Assembly (NCBI GenBank): GCA_043821705.1
Contig: JBDRCN010000001.1
Coordinates: 74,133-138,132, forward strand
DNA from: Candidatus Omnitrophota bacterium
GTDB lineage: Bacteria; Omnitrophota; Gorgyraeia; Gorgyraeales; Gorgyraeaceae
Length of the DNA stretch: 64,000 nt
Reading direction: 5' to 3'
Shown here: positions 1 to 11,153 of the stretch, piece by piece
How the letters are laid out: the number at the start of each line of letters is the position of its first letter
Numbering within the stretch: the first letter of the stretch is position 1
Made by a program: the position numbers and the translations under genes
The notes under the pieces: model-generated
The model's database searches: none
Seen by the model: only the letters and a program-made list of their open reading frames with translations
What the model was told of the DNA's origin: nothing

Positions 1-1
1 G

Positions 2-2410
2 CATAAAGAACTCTTAAAACCATCTAAAGATATAAAGCGATACGAGCTTGATGCTTATCTTGGTTTCGAGTCTTTTGCTACAAGTGTCAATGGGATCATT
101 ACTGAAGCAGGAGAAGGCGCTTATTATGTATTTGACTGCCTTTCAGAACTTCTTTCAGCATGGGCAAGCGATCTTATGATAGGTAATTTTTTCATGGTCA
201 CATGCCCATATCTATATGAACTAAAGACCCTGACATATTTTTCTATTTTAAGGAATAATCATTCGTTCAAATCTATAGCAAAGATACGTGAGACAACCCA
301 GCTTCTCCTGGATGTATACCATTGTGGAGGAAGTAAATATATACATCCTTTAAAAGTATGGAACAGATATTCTCCTACCATGTTCTTGCCGCACCAGAGG
401 GATAAGGATAGATTAACACCTATTACAGATAGCGTGAATGCAGTGAAGATACTTTCTTATATCAGAGATAAGGGCGTAGAGAGCGCTAAGAGAAATCTTG
501 ATTATTGGGACAGGTTATTTATAGAAGCTGAGGATACAGTAAAAGAGGGCCCTAAGGGAATTATAAAAGCTACTATAAAAAGATTATCAAGCATAATGAT
601 AACTAATAATAAAAAGCTCTTGGACCTGGTTATAGGTAATTTTTCACTTGAGGAATTGATAGCTATAAAATCAAGACTTATAGGGACAGGTTTTATCGGC
701 GGCAAGACAGTGGGCATGCTTCTTTCAAGAAAGATACTAGCAAGGGACAGTTCTTTTGATTCAGAAAGACTTTTAGAGCCACACGATTCGTTTTATATAG
801 GTTCAGACATATTTTATTCATACATAGTCGAGAATAACTTGTGGAAACTCAGGATGCAGCAGAAGACCGATGATGGATATTTCAGGGTGGCAGAGATATT
901 GAAAGAAAAGATATCTTACGGCGCGTTCTCTGATGAGATCATGGAGCATTTCCAGCAGATCATAGAATATTTTGGCTCATCGCCTATAATAGTGCGTTCT
1001 AGTTCTTTGCTTGAAGACAGCTTTGGCAATGCCTTTGCTGGTAAATATGACAGTATCTTTTTATCAAATCAGGGTACGCCTGAGAAAAGGTATATTGAGT
1101 TTGCAGAAGCTGTAAAAAAGATATATTCGAGCACGATGAACGAAGATGCCCTTGTCTATAGAAAACAGAGGCATCTAGATAAACTTGATGAGCAGATGGG
1201 GTTACTTGTACAGCGTGTATCAGGCGCGCACCACAAGGATTATTTTTTTCCTGACCTTGCAGGGGTAGGGGTATCACATAATACCTATGTGTGGAACAAG
1301 GAAATGGACCCAAAAGCAGGCATGCTTAGGATGGTATTTGGACTAGGCACAAGAGCAGTGAATAGGGTCGAAGGAGATTATCCAAGAATGGTGGCCCTAG
1401 ATGATCCTTTACGCAGGCCCTATGCAGAAAAAAATGACCTTAGGAAATTTTCCCAGCACGATGTCGATGTCATAAATACAAAGAAGAATAGTTTCGAGAC
1501 CATTGTCTTTAATGACCTCATAAAAGAAGAGGCCTATCCATCTGTAGGCCGTGTTGCAGTAAAGGATTATGAGGCCATGGAGATGATGAAAAAAAGCGCT
1601 ATGAAAGATAAAAAGTATTGGATCCTGACGCTGGACTGGGTCTTTAAAGATGACACGCTGTCAGGTTCATTTAAAAAGATGCTGGAGATACTCGAGGAGA
1701 ACTATGACTATCCTGTTGAGATAGAATTTACAGTAAATTTTCTAGATGATTCTACATTTAAGATAAATCTTCTACAGTGCAGGCCTCTACAGATATGGGG
1801 CATAGGCCGTAAGGTCGAGATCCCGGATGACCTAAAGAAGAAAGACATGTTCTTTAAGTCAGATGGGTATTTCTTGGGAGGGAACATATCGCAATATATA
1901 AAACAGATCATTTATATTGATCCAGAGCAATATACCCTTCTGACATTACAGGAAAAACACGAGGTCGCGCGTATAGTAGGAAGGCTAAATAGAAAAATAG
2001 AAGATAGGGCTAAAATACCGACAATGCTTATCGGGCCAGGAAGATGGGGGTCTACGACACCATCTTTAGGCGTGCCAGTGAAATTTGCCGAGATCAATAA
2101 TATAACAGTTTTGACAGAGGTAGCATTTTCCGCAGGGAACCTGATGCCAGAGTTGTCTTTTGGCACGCATTTTTTCCAGGACCTGGTAGAGACCAATATA
2201 TTCTATATCGCGCTTTTCCCTGAGAAAAAAGAGACCTTCTTTAATATCGAATGGCTAAGGGGATTAAAGGATTCTTTTACAGAATTGGTGCCGGACAGCG
2301 CGCGTTATAAAGATGTTGTTAGTGTCTATGATTTACAGTATAATAGCTTGAAAATTATGTCAGAAATCGTAGAGCAGAAAGTAGTATGTATAAAGAAAGT
2401 CTCTAAATGA
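2..2410 (+). CDS. PEP/pyruvate-binding (pyruvate phosphate dikinase N-terminal-like) domain protein, 5'-truncated by window edge
   Basis: The frame is open from nt 2 and in phase with the ATG at 176 (no stop between 2 and 176), so the gene begins upstream of the window. The >744 aa product has a GGKTVG-type nucleotide-binding motif resembling PEP-utilising/dikinase N-domains. The stop overlaps the carA start (ATGA at 2407-2410). The family assignment is tentative. Confidence 0.4.
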   Translation, partial: HKELLKPSKDIKRYELDAYLGFESFATSVNGIITEAGEGAYYVFDCLSELLSAWASDLMIGNFFMVTCPYLYELKTLTYFSILRNNHSFKSIAKIRETTQLLLDVYHCGGSKYIHPLKVWNRYSPTMFLPHQRDKDRLTPITDSVNAVKILSYIRDKGVESAKRNLDYWDRLFIEAEDTVKEGPKGIIKATIKRLSSIMITNNKKLLDLVIGNFSLEELIAIKSRLIGTGFIGGKTVGMLLSRKILARDSSFDSERLLEPHDSFYIGSDIFYSYIVENNLWKLRMQQKTDDGYFRVAEILKEKISYGAFSDEIMEHFQQIIEYFGSSPIIVRSSSLLEDSFGNAFAGKYDSIFLSNQGTPEKRYIEFAEAVKKIYSSTMNEDALVYRKQRHLDKLDEQMGLLVQRVSGAHHKDYFFPDLAGVGVSHNTYVWNKEMDPKAGMLRMVFGLGTRAVNRVEGDYPRMVALDDPLRRPYAEKNDLRKFSQHDVDVINTKKNSFETIVFNDLIKEEAYPSVGRVAVKDYEAMEMMKKSAMKDKKYWILTLDWVFKDDTLSGSFKKMLEILEENYDYPVEIEFTVNFLDDSTFKINLLQCRPLQIWGIGRKVEIPDDLKKKDMFFKSDGYFLGGNISQYIKQIIYIDPEQYTLLTLQEKHEVARIVGRLNRKIEDRAKIPTMLIGPGRWGSTTPSLGVPVKFAEINNITVLTEVAFSAGNLMPELSFGTHFFQDLVETNIFYIALFPEKKETFFNIEWLRGLKDSFTELVPDSARYKDVVSVYDLQYNSLKIMSEIVEQKVVCIKKVSK

Positions 2411-3480
2411 AAGCAAAACTCGTACTTGAAGATGGCAGAGTGTTCACTGGGTCCTCCTTTGGCGCTAGCGGCGAAAGAACAGGCGAAGTAGTGTTCAATA
2501 CCAGTATGAGCGGCTATCAAGAGATCCTTACAGACCCTTCGTATAAAGGTCAGATAGTCACAATGACCTATCCTCTCATAGGAAATTACGGTATAAATGA
2601 AGAAGATAATGAATCAAGAGGTATCTTTTTGGAGGGCTTTGTAGTAAAAGAAGCTAGCAGGATAGTAAGTAACTTTAGAGCTACTAAATCTCTGCAAGAT
2701 TACCTGAAAGAGAATAATATTATAGGCATAGAAGGCATTGATACAAGAGCTTTAACTCGTCATATAAGACTTCAAGGTGCGATGAAAGCAGTTTTATCGA
2801 CTATAGACCTGGATGATAAGAGTCTCGTCAAAAAAGCAAAAGCTTCTCCAGGCTTGATAGGTATTGACCTAGCAAAAGAAGTCATGTATGAGAAAACTTT
2901 CCAGTGGAATAAGACTGGCAAGAGGACAGTCGTTGCAATAGATGCAGGTATAAAATTCAATATCCTGAGAAACCTAGAGAAAAGGGACTGTAAAGTCATA
3001 GTAGTACCTGGCAATTCTTCCCCAGAAGAAATACTTTCTTATAAACCAGATGGGATAATGGTATCTAATGGGCCAGGTGACCCAGAAGCAGTTACATGTG
3101 TAATAGAAACCCTTAAAAAACTCATAGGAAAGCTGCCTATATTCGGGATATGCCTGGGCCACCAGATGCTAGGCCTTGCTCTGGGAGGAAAGACATATAA
3201 ATTAAAGTTCGGTCATCATGGAGGCAATCACCCAGTAAAGGATCTGAGTACAGGGAGGATCTCTATTACAGCTCAGAACCATGGGTTTTGTGTTGATATA
3301 GATTCGCTTAATAAGGATGACATCGAGATAACTCATATAAATCTGAATGATAATACACTTGAGGGCATGAGACATAAGAAATATCCAGTATTCAGTGTAC
3401 AGTTCCATCCTGAACATGGCCCAGGCCCTCACGACGCAGAGTATTTATTTGATAAGTTCATTGAAACCATGAGTAAGTAG
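2407..3480 (+). CDS. carA: carbamoyl-phosphate synthase small (glutaminase) subunit
   Basis: Conserved CarA N-terminus (LVLEDG...[29 protein letters not shown]). The class-I GATase triad region is present (GICLGHQ ... HPE). Length is 357 aa. Confidence 0.95.
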   Translation: MKAKLVLEDGRVFTGSSFGASGERTGEVVFNTSMSGYQEILTDPSYKGQIVTMTYPLIGNYGINEEDNESRGIFLEGFVVKEASRIVSNFRATKSLQDYLKENNIIGIEGIDTRALTRHIRLQGAMKAVLSTIDLDDKSLVKKAKASPGLIGIDLAKEVMYEKTFQWNKTGKRTVVAIDAGIKFNILRNLEKRDCKVIVVPGNSSPEEILSYKPDGIMVSNGPGDPEAVTCVIETLKKLIGKLPIFGICLGHQMLGLALGGKTYKLKFGHHGGNHPVKDLSTGRISITAQNHGFCVDIDSLNKDDIEITHINLNDNTLEGMRHKKYPVFSVQFHPEHGPGPHDAEYLFDKFIETMSK

Positions 3481-3484
3481 TATT

Positions 3485-3741
3485 AGCTCTATGAGCAGCT
3501 CACTATCTCATATGAAAATTTTCCTAATTCATCTGACAGCCTGGCAGGCCTTCGAAAAATCGTTCAGCCCAGTGTTAGTAATGCGTGGGTGTGGGGCTTC
3601 ACTCCACTTTATTTTGACAGGCAAACTAAATTGTAGTTTGTAGATCACAAAGTGCGCAAAATAAAAAGGTTTTTCTCCTGCCTACCAGGCTGTCAGTAAG
3701 ACAGAAATTTTCAAATTCGCTAGTAAGCTGCTCATAGAGCT
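3485..3741. repeat. Long imperfect inverted repeat (element C) in the carA-carB spacer
   Basis: Three nested arm pairs were found. AGCTCTATGAGCAGCT at 3485-3500 pairs with AGCTGCTCATAGAGCT at 3726-3741. CTGACAGCCTGGCAGG at 3533-3548 pairs with CCTGCCTACCAGGCTGTCAG at 3677-3696. GAAAATTTTC also occurs on both arms. The loop is ~130 nt and contains TGGGTGTGGGG, which is also found in element D. Confidence 0.7.
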
Positions 3742-3776
3742 GATTTAGCTACAAAGTTTAGCTATGCTGATGAAAA

Positions 3777-3962
3777 AGCTAGACTAGGGCTCTTTAGCGC
3801 ATTAGGAACATAGCGGCATTCAGTGGTATTTAAGCATGAAGTGTTCAAGGCTTTAGAGCGAGATCGAGCCTAACTAAAGGCGAAAGCTGTATTCGGAGAG
3901 CGAGCTCTAAACCGTAGAACACGGCGCGGTGTTCCAGCGCTAAAGAGTTCTAGTCTAGCTTT
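3777..3962 (+). repeat. Dispersed palindromic repeat family A, copy 1 (~185 bp)
   Basis: About 85% identical to 29577-29762 (same orientation) and to 47748-47924 (reverse complement). The terminal stem CTTTAGCGC/GCGCTAAAG and the internal hairpin GAACACGGCGCGGTGTTC are conserved. Confidence 0.85.
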
Positions 3963-3994
3963 AGCAACTGTTATAGTAACGATAGAAAGTTGAT

Positions 3995-6900
3995 ATGCCG
4001 AAACGAACGGACATTAAAAAAATATTAATAATAGGATCAGGGCCTATAATAATAGGTCAAGCTTGTGAATTTGACTATTCAGGGACGCAGGCCTGTAAAG
4101 CTCTAAGAGAAGAAGGATACGAGGTCGTATTAATAAATTCTAATCCAGCGACTATCATGACTGACCCTGAGACAGCTCCATATACCTATATAGAACCTAT
4201 TACTCCAAGTGTATTAGAAAAAGTGATCGCTAAAGAAAGGCCAGATGCGCTTCTGCCGACCTTAGGAGGCCAGACTGGGCTTAACACTGCGATGAAAGTT
4301 GTAGAGAACGGCGTGCTGGAAAAATATAATGTAGAAATGATAGGGGCGAATTATGATGTTATTAAAAAAGCTGAAGATAGGAATGATTTTAAGCAAGCTA
4401 TGTTAAAGATAGGCCTGGATCTTCCAAAAAGCGGGCTTGCATATAATATGGATGAAGCTAGAAAAGTCATGGAAGAGATAGGCCTGCCTCTGATCATAAG
4501 GCCTAGTTTTACATTGGGTGGCACTGGAGGAGGTTTTGCCAGTACAAAAGAAGAATTTGAAAAAATAGCTAATCTGGGATTAAAGAGTTCGATGATAAAC
4601 GAGATATTAATAGAAGAAAGTATATTTGGCTGGAAAGAATATGAGTTAGAGGTAATGAGAGATAAAAAAGATAATGTAGTGATAGTCTGCTCTATTGAAA
4701 ACCTAGATCCAATGGGCATACATACAGGGGATTCTATTACAGTAGCGCCTCAGCAGACATTGACTGATAGAGAGTATCAAAATATGAGAGATGCTTCTAT
4801 CGCGATAATAAGAGAGATAGGGGTTGAGACAGGCGGGTCGAACATACAATTTGCAGTAGATCCTAAAAATGGCAGGATGGTCGTAATAGAGATGAACCCG
4901 AGAGTATCTCGTTCTTCAGCTCTAGCAAGTAAAGCAACTGGTTTCCCTATAGCGAAGTTTGCTGCAAAGTTGGCTGTAGGATATACGCTTGATGAGATAC
5001 AAAACGACATTACAAAAGAGACGCCAGCTAGTTTTGAACCTACTATAGATTATTGTGTGGTAAAAGTGCCTAGATTCACATTTGAAAAATTTCCCGAAGC
5101 AAAAGACATATTAGGTATACAGATGAAATCAGTTGGCGAGACAATGGCCATAGGAAGGACCTTTAAGGAATCACTACAAAAAGCTCTTAGGGGCCTAGAG
5201 ATAGGGCATGTGGGATTAGATAATAAGCTTAATTATTTAGATATATCTGATAAAAAGATAAGACATAGATTAGCTGAGGCGAATGCATCAAGGATCTTGT
5301 ATATAAAATATGCGCTCCAAAAAGGTTATTCACTCGAAGATATCTGTAAACTTACAGGAATTGACCCATGGTTCATAGCAAATATAGAAGAACTAGTAGA
5401 GATAGAAAAACATCTAGAGACTGAGCTTAAAAAATCAGGAAGCTTCACAAAAGACACCTTAAAACTTGCAAAAGAGAATGGGTTTAGTGATATACAGCTA
5501 GCTAAACTAGCAGACATTACAGAAGAAGAGGTCAGAATATTAAGAAAAAAAGAAAACATCATCCCTACGTTTAAACTTGTTGATACATGCGCTGCAGAAT
5601 TTGAAGCATACACGCCTTATTATTACTCAACATATGAATCAGAGTGTGAAGCAAGGCCTTCGGATAAAAAGAAGATAATGATATTAGGTGGCGGCCCAAA
5701 CAGGATAGGACAGGGTATAGAATTTGATTATTGCTGTTGCCACGCATCCTTTGCCTTAAAAGAATTAGGATATGAGACTATCATGGTGAACTCCAATCCT
5801 GAGACAGTATCAACTGACTATGATACATCTGACAAATTATATTTTGAGCCATTGACATTTGAAGATGTGATGAATATCATTGATAAAGAAAGACCAGACG
5901 GTGTGATAGTCCAATTTGGCGGGCAGACGCCACTCAACCTAGCGCATAGACTTGAAAACGCAGGCGCGCCTATCATAGGTACAAGTGTAAAATCAATAGA
6001 TGATGCTGAGAATAGAGATAAGTTTTCGAGTATTCTTAATAAATTAAAGATCGATCAGCCTCCAAATGGCTCTACTAGTGACAGAGAGGAAGCTATAAAG
6101 ATCGCTTCTAGGATCGGATATCCTGTTTTAGTGAGACCTAGTTATGTGTTAGGCGGAAGGGCGATGAAGATAGTCTATGATGAGGAGACTTTAAAGGAAT
6201 TTATTGTTGAAGCTCAAGGCGTATCTGAAGGAGGGCCTATTCTAATAGATAAATTCCTAGAAGATGCGATCGAAGTAGATGTGGACGCGATATCAGATGG
6301 GAAAGAGACTATAATAGGCGGGATAATGGAGCACATAGAAGAAGCAGGAGTGCATTCAGGGGATTCAGCGTGTGTTCTTCCACCGTATACGCTGGGGAAA
6401 GACCTGATAGAGAGGATAAAAAAACACACAATAGAGCTCTCAAAAGAATTAAAGGTCATTGGTTTGATGAATATACAGTTTGCAATAAAGGGGGATACTA
6501 TCTATGTGTTAGAAGTAAATCCCAGGGCATCCCGTACAGTTCCTTTTGTAAGTAAGGCTATAGGAGTGCCTCTTGCAAAAATAGCTTCAAAGGTGATGAC
6601 AGGTTTAAGTCTCAAAGAATTAGGCATTACAAAACAAAAAGAAGTAGAGCATATTTCTGTAAAAGAATCAGTCCTTCCTTTCACTAGATTTTCAGGTGTA
6701 GACATCCTTCTAGGCCCTGAGATGAAATCCACTGGAGAAGTGATGGGGATAGACAGTACATTTGGAAAAGCGTTTTATAAATCACAGCTTGCAGCAGGAG
6801 TAGCGCTTCCATTAAAAGGAAAGGTCTTTATAAGCGTTAAAAACGAGGATAAGCGTAATATCATATTTATTGCCAAGAAACTTTTTGATATGGGATTTGA

Positions 6901-7234
6901 GATAATAGCGACATCTGGGACAGCCAAGTCATTGAGGTCTAATAATATAAAGGTAAAAGAAGTCGGTAAGATCTCGGAAGGTAACAGAGATATATTAGAC
7001 TTGATAGAGAAGAATGAACTGAAACTGATCATCAACACCCCTACTGGGAAAAGAAGTCAATCTGACATGAAGCCCATAAGGAATCTTGCGGTCATGCATG
7101 GAGTTCCGTGTATAACTACAATGCAAGGCGTACAAGCAGCTGTCAATGGAATAGAGAGCGTGATAAAGGATGATTTTGGAGTAAAGAGTATCCAAGAATA
7201 TTTAAGTGAGGCCACGACTTACGGAATGAAATGA
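3995..7234 (+). CDS. carB: carbamoyl-phosphate synthase large subunit
   Basis: 1079 aa with duplicated ATP-grasp halves and a C-terminal MGS-like domain. The N-terminus [28 protein letters not shown] is canonical. Confidence 0.97.
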   Translation: MPKRTDIKKILIIGSGPIIIGQACEFDYSGTQACKALREEGYEVVLINSNPATIMTDPETAPYTYIEPITPSVLEKVIAKERPDALLPTLGGQTGLNTAMKVVENGVLEKYNVEMIGANYDVIKKAEDRNDFKQAMLKIGLDLPKSGLAYNMDEARKVMEEIGLPLIIRPSFTLGGTGGGFASTKEEFEKIANLGLKSSMINEILIEESIFGWKEYELEVMRDKKDNVVIVCSIENLDPMGIHTGDSITVAPQQTLTDREYQNMRDASIAIIREIGVETGGSNIQFAVDPKNGRMVVIEMNPRVSRSSALASKATGFPIAKFAAKLAVGYTLDEIQNDITKETPASFEPTIDYCVVKVPRFTFEKFPEAKDILGIQMKSVGETMAIGRTFKESLQKALRGLEIGHVGLDNKLNYLDISDKKIRHRLAEANASRILYIKYALQKGYSLEDICKLTGIDPWFIANIEELVEIEKHLETELKKSGSFTKDTLKLAKENGFSDIQLAKLADITEEEVRILRKKENIIPTFKLVDTCAAEFEAYTPYYYSTYESECEARPSDKKKIMILGGGPNRIGQGIEFDYCCCHASFALKELGYETIMVNSNPETVSTDYDTSDKLYFEPLTFEDVMNIIDKERPDGVIVQFGGQTPLNLAHRLENAGAPIIGTSVKSIDDAENRDKFSSILNKLKIDQPPNGSTSDREEAIKIASRIGYPVLVRPSYVLGGRAMKIVYDEETLKEFIVEAQGVSEGGPILIDKFLEDAIEVDVDAISDGKETIIGGIMEHIEEAGVHSGDSACVLPPYTLGKDLIERIKKHTIELSKELKVIGLMNIQFAIKGDTIYVLEVNPRASRTVPFVSKAIGVPLAKIASKVMTGLSLKELGITKQKEVEHISVKESVLPFTRFSGVDILLGPEMKSTGEVMGIDSTFGKAFYKSQLAAGVALPLKGKVFISVKNEDKRNIIFIAKKLFDMGFEIIATSGTAKSLRSNNIKVKEVGKISEGNRDILDLIEKNELKLIINTPTGKRSQSDMKPIRNLAVMHGVPCITTMQGVQAAVNGIESVIKDDFGVKSIQEYLSEATTYGMK

Positions 7235-7258
7235 ACGTAAGTCGTTTGACCGAACTTA

Positions 7259-7368
7259 CCCCACACCCAGCATTTATTATGTAGGTGTTCTAAGGGGTAT
7301 TTATAATAACTAAAACACCATGTTCAAGTATTAACAGCTCTTAAAGCTGATAAATGCTGGGTGTGGGG
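7259..7368. repeat. 110-bp element with perfect 18-bp terminal inverted repeats (element D)
   Basis: CCCCACACCCAGCATTTA at 7259-7276 is the exact reverse complement of TAAATGCTGGGTGTGGGG at 7351-7368. A 10-bp stem-loop (ACGACTTACG...CGTAAGTCGT, 7214-7245) that spans the carB stop codon lies immediately upstream. Confidence 0.8.
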
Positions 7369-7451
7369 TTTAATTCGCGCCTGCAAAGGTGCTAACTATA
7401 GGAGATTGATTTATGTCGCATTTTATGCTCCATAAACCAAGCGCTTATTAA

Positions 7452-8834
7452 ATGTGTGGAATATTCGGTATAATAAATCATAAAGATGCAGCTAGGCTTA
7501 CGTATCTAGGGCTCTACGCGCTTCAGCATAGAGGAGAAGAGAGCGCAGGCATTGTTGTGCAGCGAGGGAAAAAAGTATACCACCATAAAGGCATGGGCCT
7601 GGTAGGAGATGTGTTTACTGAAAGAGATATAAAGGCCTTAAAGGGTGATGTGGCAGTAGGCCATGTGAGATATTCTACTACTGGCTCATCAAGCACTAAG
7701 AACATCCAACCGTTTTTTGTAAGCCATAAAAAAGGATATATCGCGATCGCGCATAATGGGAACCTGGTCAATACATACCAGCTTAGAAATGAACTAGAAC
7801 ACAAAGGTTCTATTTTTTCAACCTCTATGGACTCAGAGATAATCGCGCATCTTTTAGCTCGTACAAAGACAAGTAGATTGGAGGAAAGTATCTCAGAAAG
7901 CTTATGTGAATTAGAAGGTGCTTATGCACTGATCATGATGATGGATAATCTATTGATAGGCGCAAGAGATCCATATGGCTGGAGGCCTCTTTGTATAGGG
8001 AAACTAAATAGTTCTTATGTATTAGCAAGTGAGACATGCGCTCTTGACCTCATACAAGCAAAATACATTAGAGATGTTGAACCAGGAGAAGTTGTAATAA
8101 TAGATAAAGATAAGCTAAGGTCTATAAATATCTCCACCAGAGCATTTTTCCCGACAGCAGAACGCGCGAGTTGTATCTTTGAATATATATATTTTGCCAG
8201 GCCTGATAGCAATATCTTTGGGCATAACGTGTACCAGGCTCGTAAGAATCTAGGCAGAGAACTTGCTCGAGAATATCCAGTAGACGCTGATTTTGTCATG
8301 CCAATACCTGACTCAGGGAATTATGCTGCCCTAGGTTATGCAGAGGAAAGCAAGATCCCTTATGAAGCTGGTATGATACGTAATCATTATATAGGAAGGA
8401 CTTTTATTCAGCCCTCACAGTTTATAAGGGATTTTAGAGTGAAGGTAAAATTAAATCCTATAAGGGATATATTAAAAGATAAAAAAATAGTTGTCATAGA
8501 AGATTCTATTGTGCGTGGCACTACTAGCAGGATACGCATGAAGACTATAAGAGAGGCAGGGGCTAAAGAAGTGCATATGAGGGTCAGCTGCCCACCACTT
8601 AGATTCCCATGTTTTTATGGGATAGATTTTCCGACGAAGAAAGAGCTTATTGCTTCAAAACATTCTATTAAAGAAATACAAAAGTTCATTGGAGCTGATT
8701 CTTTAGAGTATCTGTCGCTGGAAGGGATGCTCAGTGCAATGCCTCTTCCTAAAAAAAGTTTCTGTACAGCTTGTTTTAACGGTAAATATCCAACAAAACT
8801 CCCTAGGAAACTAGGAAAGAACATACTTGAATGA
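7452..8834 (+). CDS. purF: amidophosphoribosyltransferase (glutamine PRPP amidotransferase), 4Fe-4S type
   Basis: N-terminal MCGIFGI nucleophile, LQHRGEESAGI and HNGNL motifs. The PRTase motif VVIEDSIVRGTTS and the C-terminal cysteines (CPPLRFPC ... CTACFNG) are present. Confidence 0.95.
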   Translation: MCGIFGIINHKDAARLTYLGLYALQHRGEESAGIVVQRGKKVYHHKGMGLVGDVFTERDIKALKGDVAVGHVRYSTTGSSSTKNIQPFFVSHKKGYIAIAHNGNLVNTYQLRNELEHKGSIFSTSMDSEIIAHLLARTKTSRLEESISESLCELEGAYALIMMMDNLLIGARDPYGWRPLCIGKLNSSYVLASETCALDLIQAKYIRDVEPGEVVIIDKDKLRSINISTRAFFPTAERASCIFEYIYFARPDSNIFGHNVYQARKNLGRELAREYPVDADFVMPIPDSGNYAALGYAEESKIPYEAGMIRNHYIGRTFIQPSQFIRDFRVKVKLNPIRDILKDKKIVVIEDSIVRGTTSRIRMKTIREAGAKEVHMRVSCPPLRFPCFYGIDFPTKKELIASKHSIKEIQKFIGADSLEYLSLEGMLSAMPLPKKSFCTACFNGKYPTKLPRKLGKNILE

Positions 8835-8840
8835 GGTCTT

Positions 8841-9365
8841 ATGGAAAACAGTGAGATGTTAAAAGTGCTCAATAAAGCACTTGAGATGGAAGAAAAAGGA
8901 TATAATTTTTACAATGAGATGAGCATGTCCGCGAAAAACATTATTACAAAAGAGGCTTTTAGTTTTTTAGCTGACCAGGAGACGCTCCACATAGAAAGCA
9001 TAAGGAATTTCTACGATTCTTTAGCAAAAGACAAACCTAGATTAATAAAATTCGAAGATGTAGCTAAGACCAGAGACGATGAGATTACTATATTTTCAAA
9101 AAAGATAACTGATCTAAAAGAAAAGATAACACCTGATGACAGCGACACAAAAGCCTGTGAATTTGCAATGGAATTTGAGAATAATGGCTATAAATATTAT
9201 GAAAATGTCCTAAAATATGCAAAAGATGAGAGTCTCATAGCGCTTTTAAAATTTTTGCTCAGAGAAGAAGCAAAACACTATGATGCTATTTCAAAACTCC
9301 ATACCTATATAACTGATTCCAGCAATTGGCACATGTATGAAGAAGGATCCTTCCCACAAGGCTAG
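8841..9365 (+). CDS. ferritin-like / rubrerythrin-family domain protein
   Basis: Two helical-pair halves each carry E...H ligands of the ExxH type (EMEEKGYNFY...QETLHIES and EFENNGYKYY...EEAKHYDA). Confidence 0.5.
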   Translation: MENSEMLKVLNKALEMEEKGYNFYNEMSMSAKNIITKEAFSFLADQETLHIESIRNFYDSLAKDKPRLIKFEDVAKTRDDEITIFSKKITDLKEKITPDDSDTKACEFAMEFENNGYKYYENVLKYAKDESLIALLKFLLREEAKHYDAISKLHTYITDSSNWHMYEEGSFPQG

Positions 9366-9433
9366 TGACTAAGATATATTTTGCTTGGGGAAATTTGTTT
9401 TAAGAGGTATAATCCATTTAATAGGAGGGTTGT

Positions 9434-9817
9434 ATGTCTAGAAGGATATTATCTTACTTTTTATTGTTTTTATTTATGGTCAATCTTTGTGGTTGTGCTG
9501 TAGTAGTAGCAGGAGGAGCTGCTGGCGGGACAGCAGCATGGCTTAAAGGCAAGATGACCCATCAAGTCAACAAAACCCCAGAAAATGTATTAAAAGCAAC
9601 AAAGAAGGCTTTGGAATCCTTTAAGTTTGATATCTCTAAAGAGACAGTGCAGGATGATGTGATACAGGTCAAGAGCAATTATTCTGATGGTAAGACCATA
9701 TGGATAGATATCCGCCCTATATCTACTAAGACCTCTCAGATAGATGTAAGAGTAGGCGCTGTAAGTGACAAAGAAGCTGCCAGAGAGATATTGGACAGGA
9801 TCGTGAAATATCTATAG
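9434..9817 (+). CDS. putative lipoprotein
   Basis: Signal peptide with lipobox LCGC. No recognisable domain. Confidence 0.5.
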   Translation: MSRRILSYFLLFLFMVNLCGCAVVVAGGAAGGTAAWLKGKMTHQVNKTPENVLKATKKALESFKFDISKETVQDDVIQVKSNYSDGKTIWIDIRPISTKTSQIDVRVGAVSDKEAAREILDRIVKYL

Positions 9818-9830
9818 GAGTAGAGGGATC

Positions 9831-10217
9831 TTGGATAAAAGGCTATTATTGATTTTTTTATGTATATCGCTGAGCGGGTGTTCTGTTGCTAAGCACGCGG
9901 ACCAGCTTCTTACTTTAAAAGCTTTTGCTACAGCCCAAGATGAAATAAATAAAGATGTTTCTCTTTCAAGGGAGCATTTTGATAAGATGCTGGAAGATTA
10001 TAGGGAAGGTTCTATAAAAGAAGGATTAAGAAAGAGCTTTATTATTTCTACGTATGGCCCACCTGTACTAACTAAGGTTGGGGATGCTGAAGGAGTAGAC
10101 GAAATATTTATATATAGGGACCCTTTAAAATACCTTTCATCAGATAAACTATACATTTCTTTTAATGAAAAGAACAAGATCGTAGATATGGAATATATAC
10201 AGTTTACAAGAGAATAG
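9831..10217 (+). CDS. putative lipoprotein
   Basis: Signal peptide with lipobox LSGC. No recognisable domain. Confidence 0.5.
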   Translation: MDKRLLLIFLCISLSGCSVAKHADQLLTLKAFATAQDEINKDVSLSREHFDKMLEDYREGSIKEGLRKSFIISTYGPPVLTKVGDAEGVDEIFIYRDPLKYLSSDKLYISFNEKNKIVDMEYIQFTRE

Positions 10218-10234
10218 AAAAGAACAACGAGGTT

Positions 10235-10268
10235 CTTCTTCCTTGAATTGTTGGGGGAAGAATTTTTT
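10235..10268 (+). terminator. Rho-independent terminator after lipoprotein gene
   Basis: CTTCTTCC ... GGAAGAA stem followed by a T6 run. Confidence 0.55.
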
Positions 10269-10295
10269 ATTATCTAATGTTTATGGAGTAGAAAA

Positions 10296-11135
10296 ATGTA
10301 TAAAATAATAAGAAAAGAACAACTAAATACTGAGATAACTCTTTTTAAGATCACTGCCAAAGACCTATCAATGGCTGCGAACCCAGGCCAGTTCGTAATA
10401 CTTCGTATCGATGAAACTGGAGAAAGGTTTCCGCTGACTATTTATGATTTTAATCGCGAGAAAGGGACTATAACCATAGTCTGTCAGGCTATAGGCGTTA
10501 GCACTAAAAAACTTGCTGCCTTGAACCAAGGGGATTCTATCCTGGATATAGCTGGACCTTTAGGGCATGCTACTAAGATAAAAGATGTGGGAAAGGTTAT
10601 ATGTATAGGCGGTGGTGTCGGGATAGCAGAGGCCTATCCCATAGCAAAAGCCATGAAGAAAGAAGGCAATGATGTCACAGTCATAATAGGTTCAAGGAAT
10701 AAAGATCTCCTGATATGTGAAAAAGAGATAAGAGAATTTTGTGATAAGCTTCATATAACCACAGATGATGGTTCTCATGGTAGAAAAGGGTTTGTTTCAG
10801 ATGTCCTAAAGGAGTTATTGGCAAAAGAGAGCTACGATCTAGTATTTGCTATTGGGCCTCTTATTATGATGAAGATAATAGCTGATATTACAAAGCCGTT
10901 ATCTATAAAGACGCTAGTATCTTTAAATTCAATAATGATAGATGGAACTGGCATGTGTGGCGGGTGCAGGGTTCAGTATAATAACCAGACACAGTTTACA
11001 TGTGTTGACGGTCCTGAATTCGATGGACATCTGGTAGATTTTAATGATGTTATGCGTAGACAGGAAAGATATAAAGATAAAGAAAAAGAAGCATTAGACT
11101 ATTGTAAAAACAAATGTAAGATCGGATTAAAATAA
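10296..11135 (+). CDS. FAD/NAD(P)-binding, 2Fe-2S oxidoreductase subunit (PyrK/SudB/NfnA-like)
   Basis: Ferredoxin-NADP reductase-like fold (GQFVILR, GPLG, GGGVGIA) with a C-terminal CGGC...C 2Fe-2S motif. It is directly upstream of the gltD-family gene. Confidence 0.8.
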   Translation: MYKIIRKEQLNTEITLFKITAKDLSMAANPGQFVILRIDETGERFPLTIYDFNREKGTITIVCQAIGVSTKKLAALNQGDSILDIAGPLGHATKIKDVGKVICIGGGVGIAEAYPIAKAMKKEGNDVTVIIGSRNKDLLICEKEIREFCDKLHITTDDGSHGRKGFVSDVLKELLAKESYDLVFAIGPLIMMKIIADITKPLSIKTLVSLNSIMIDGTGMCGGCRVQYNNQTQFTCVDGPEFDGHLVDFNDVMRRQERYKDKEKEALDYCKNKCKIGLK

Positions 11136-11153
11136 AAATAGAGAGAGCTTATC

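Noticed and set aside
3481-3994. Possible CRISPR array suggested by multiple repeated segments
   Set aside because: The repeats are long inverted repeats and dispersed copies hundreds to thousands of bp apart. They are not short direct repeats with regular unique spacers, and no cas genes are present.
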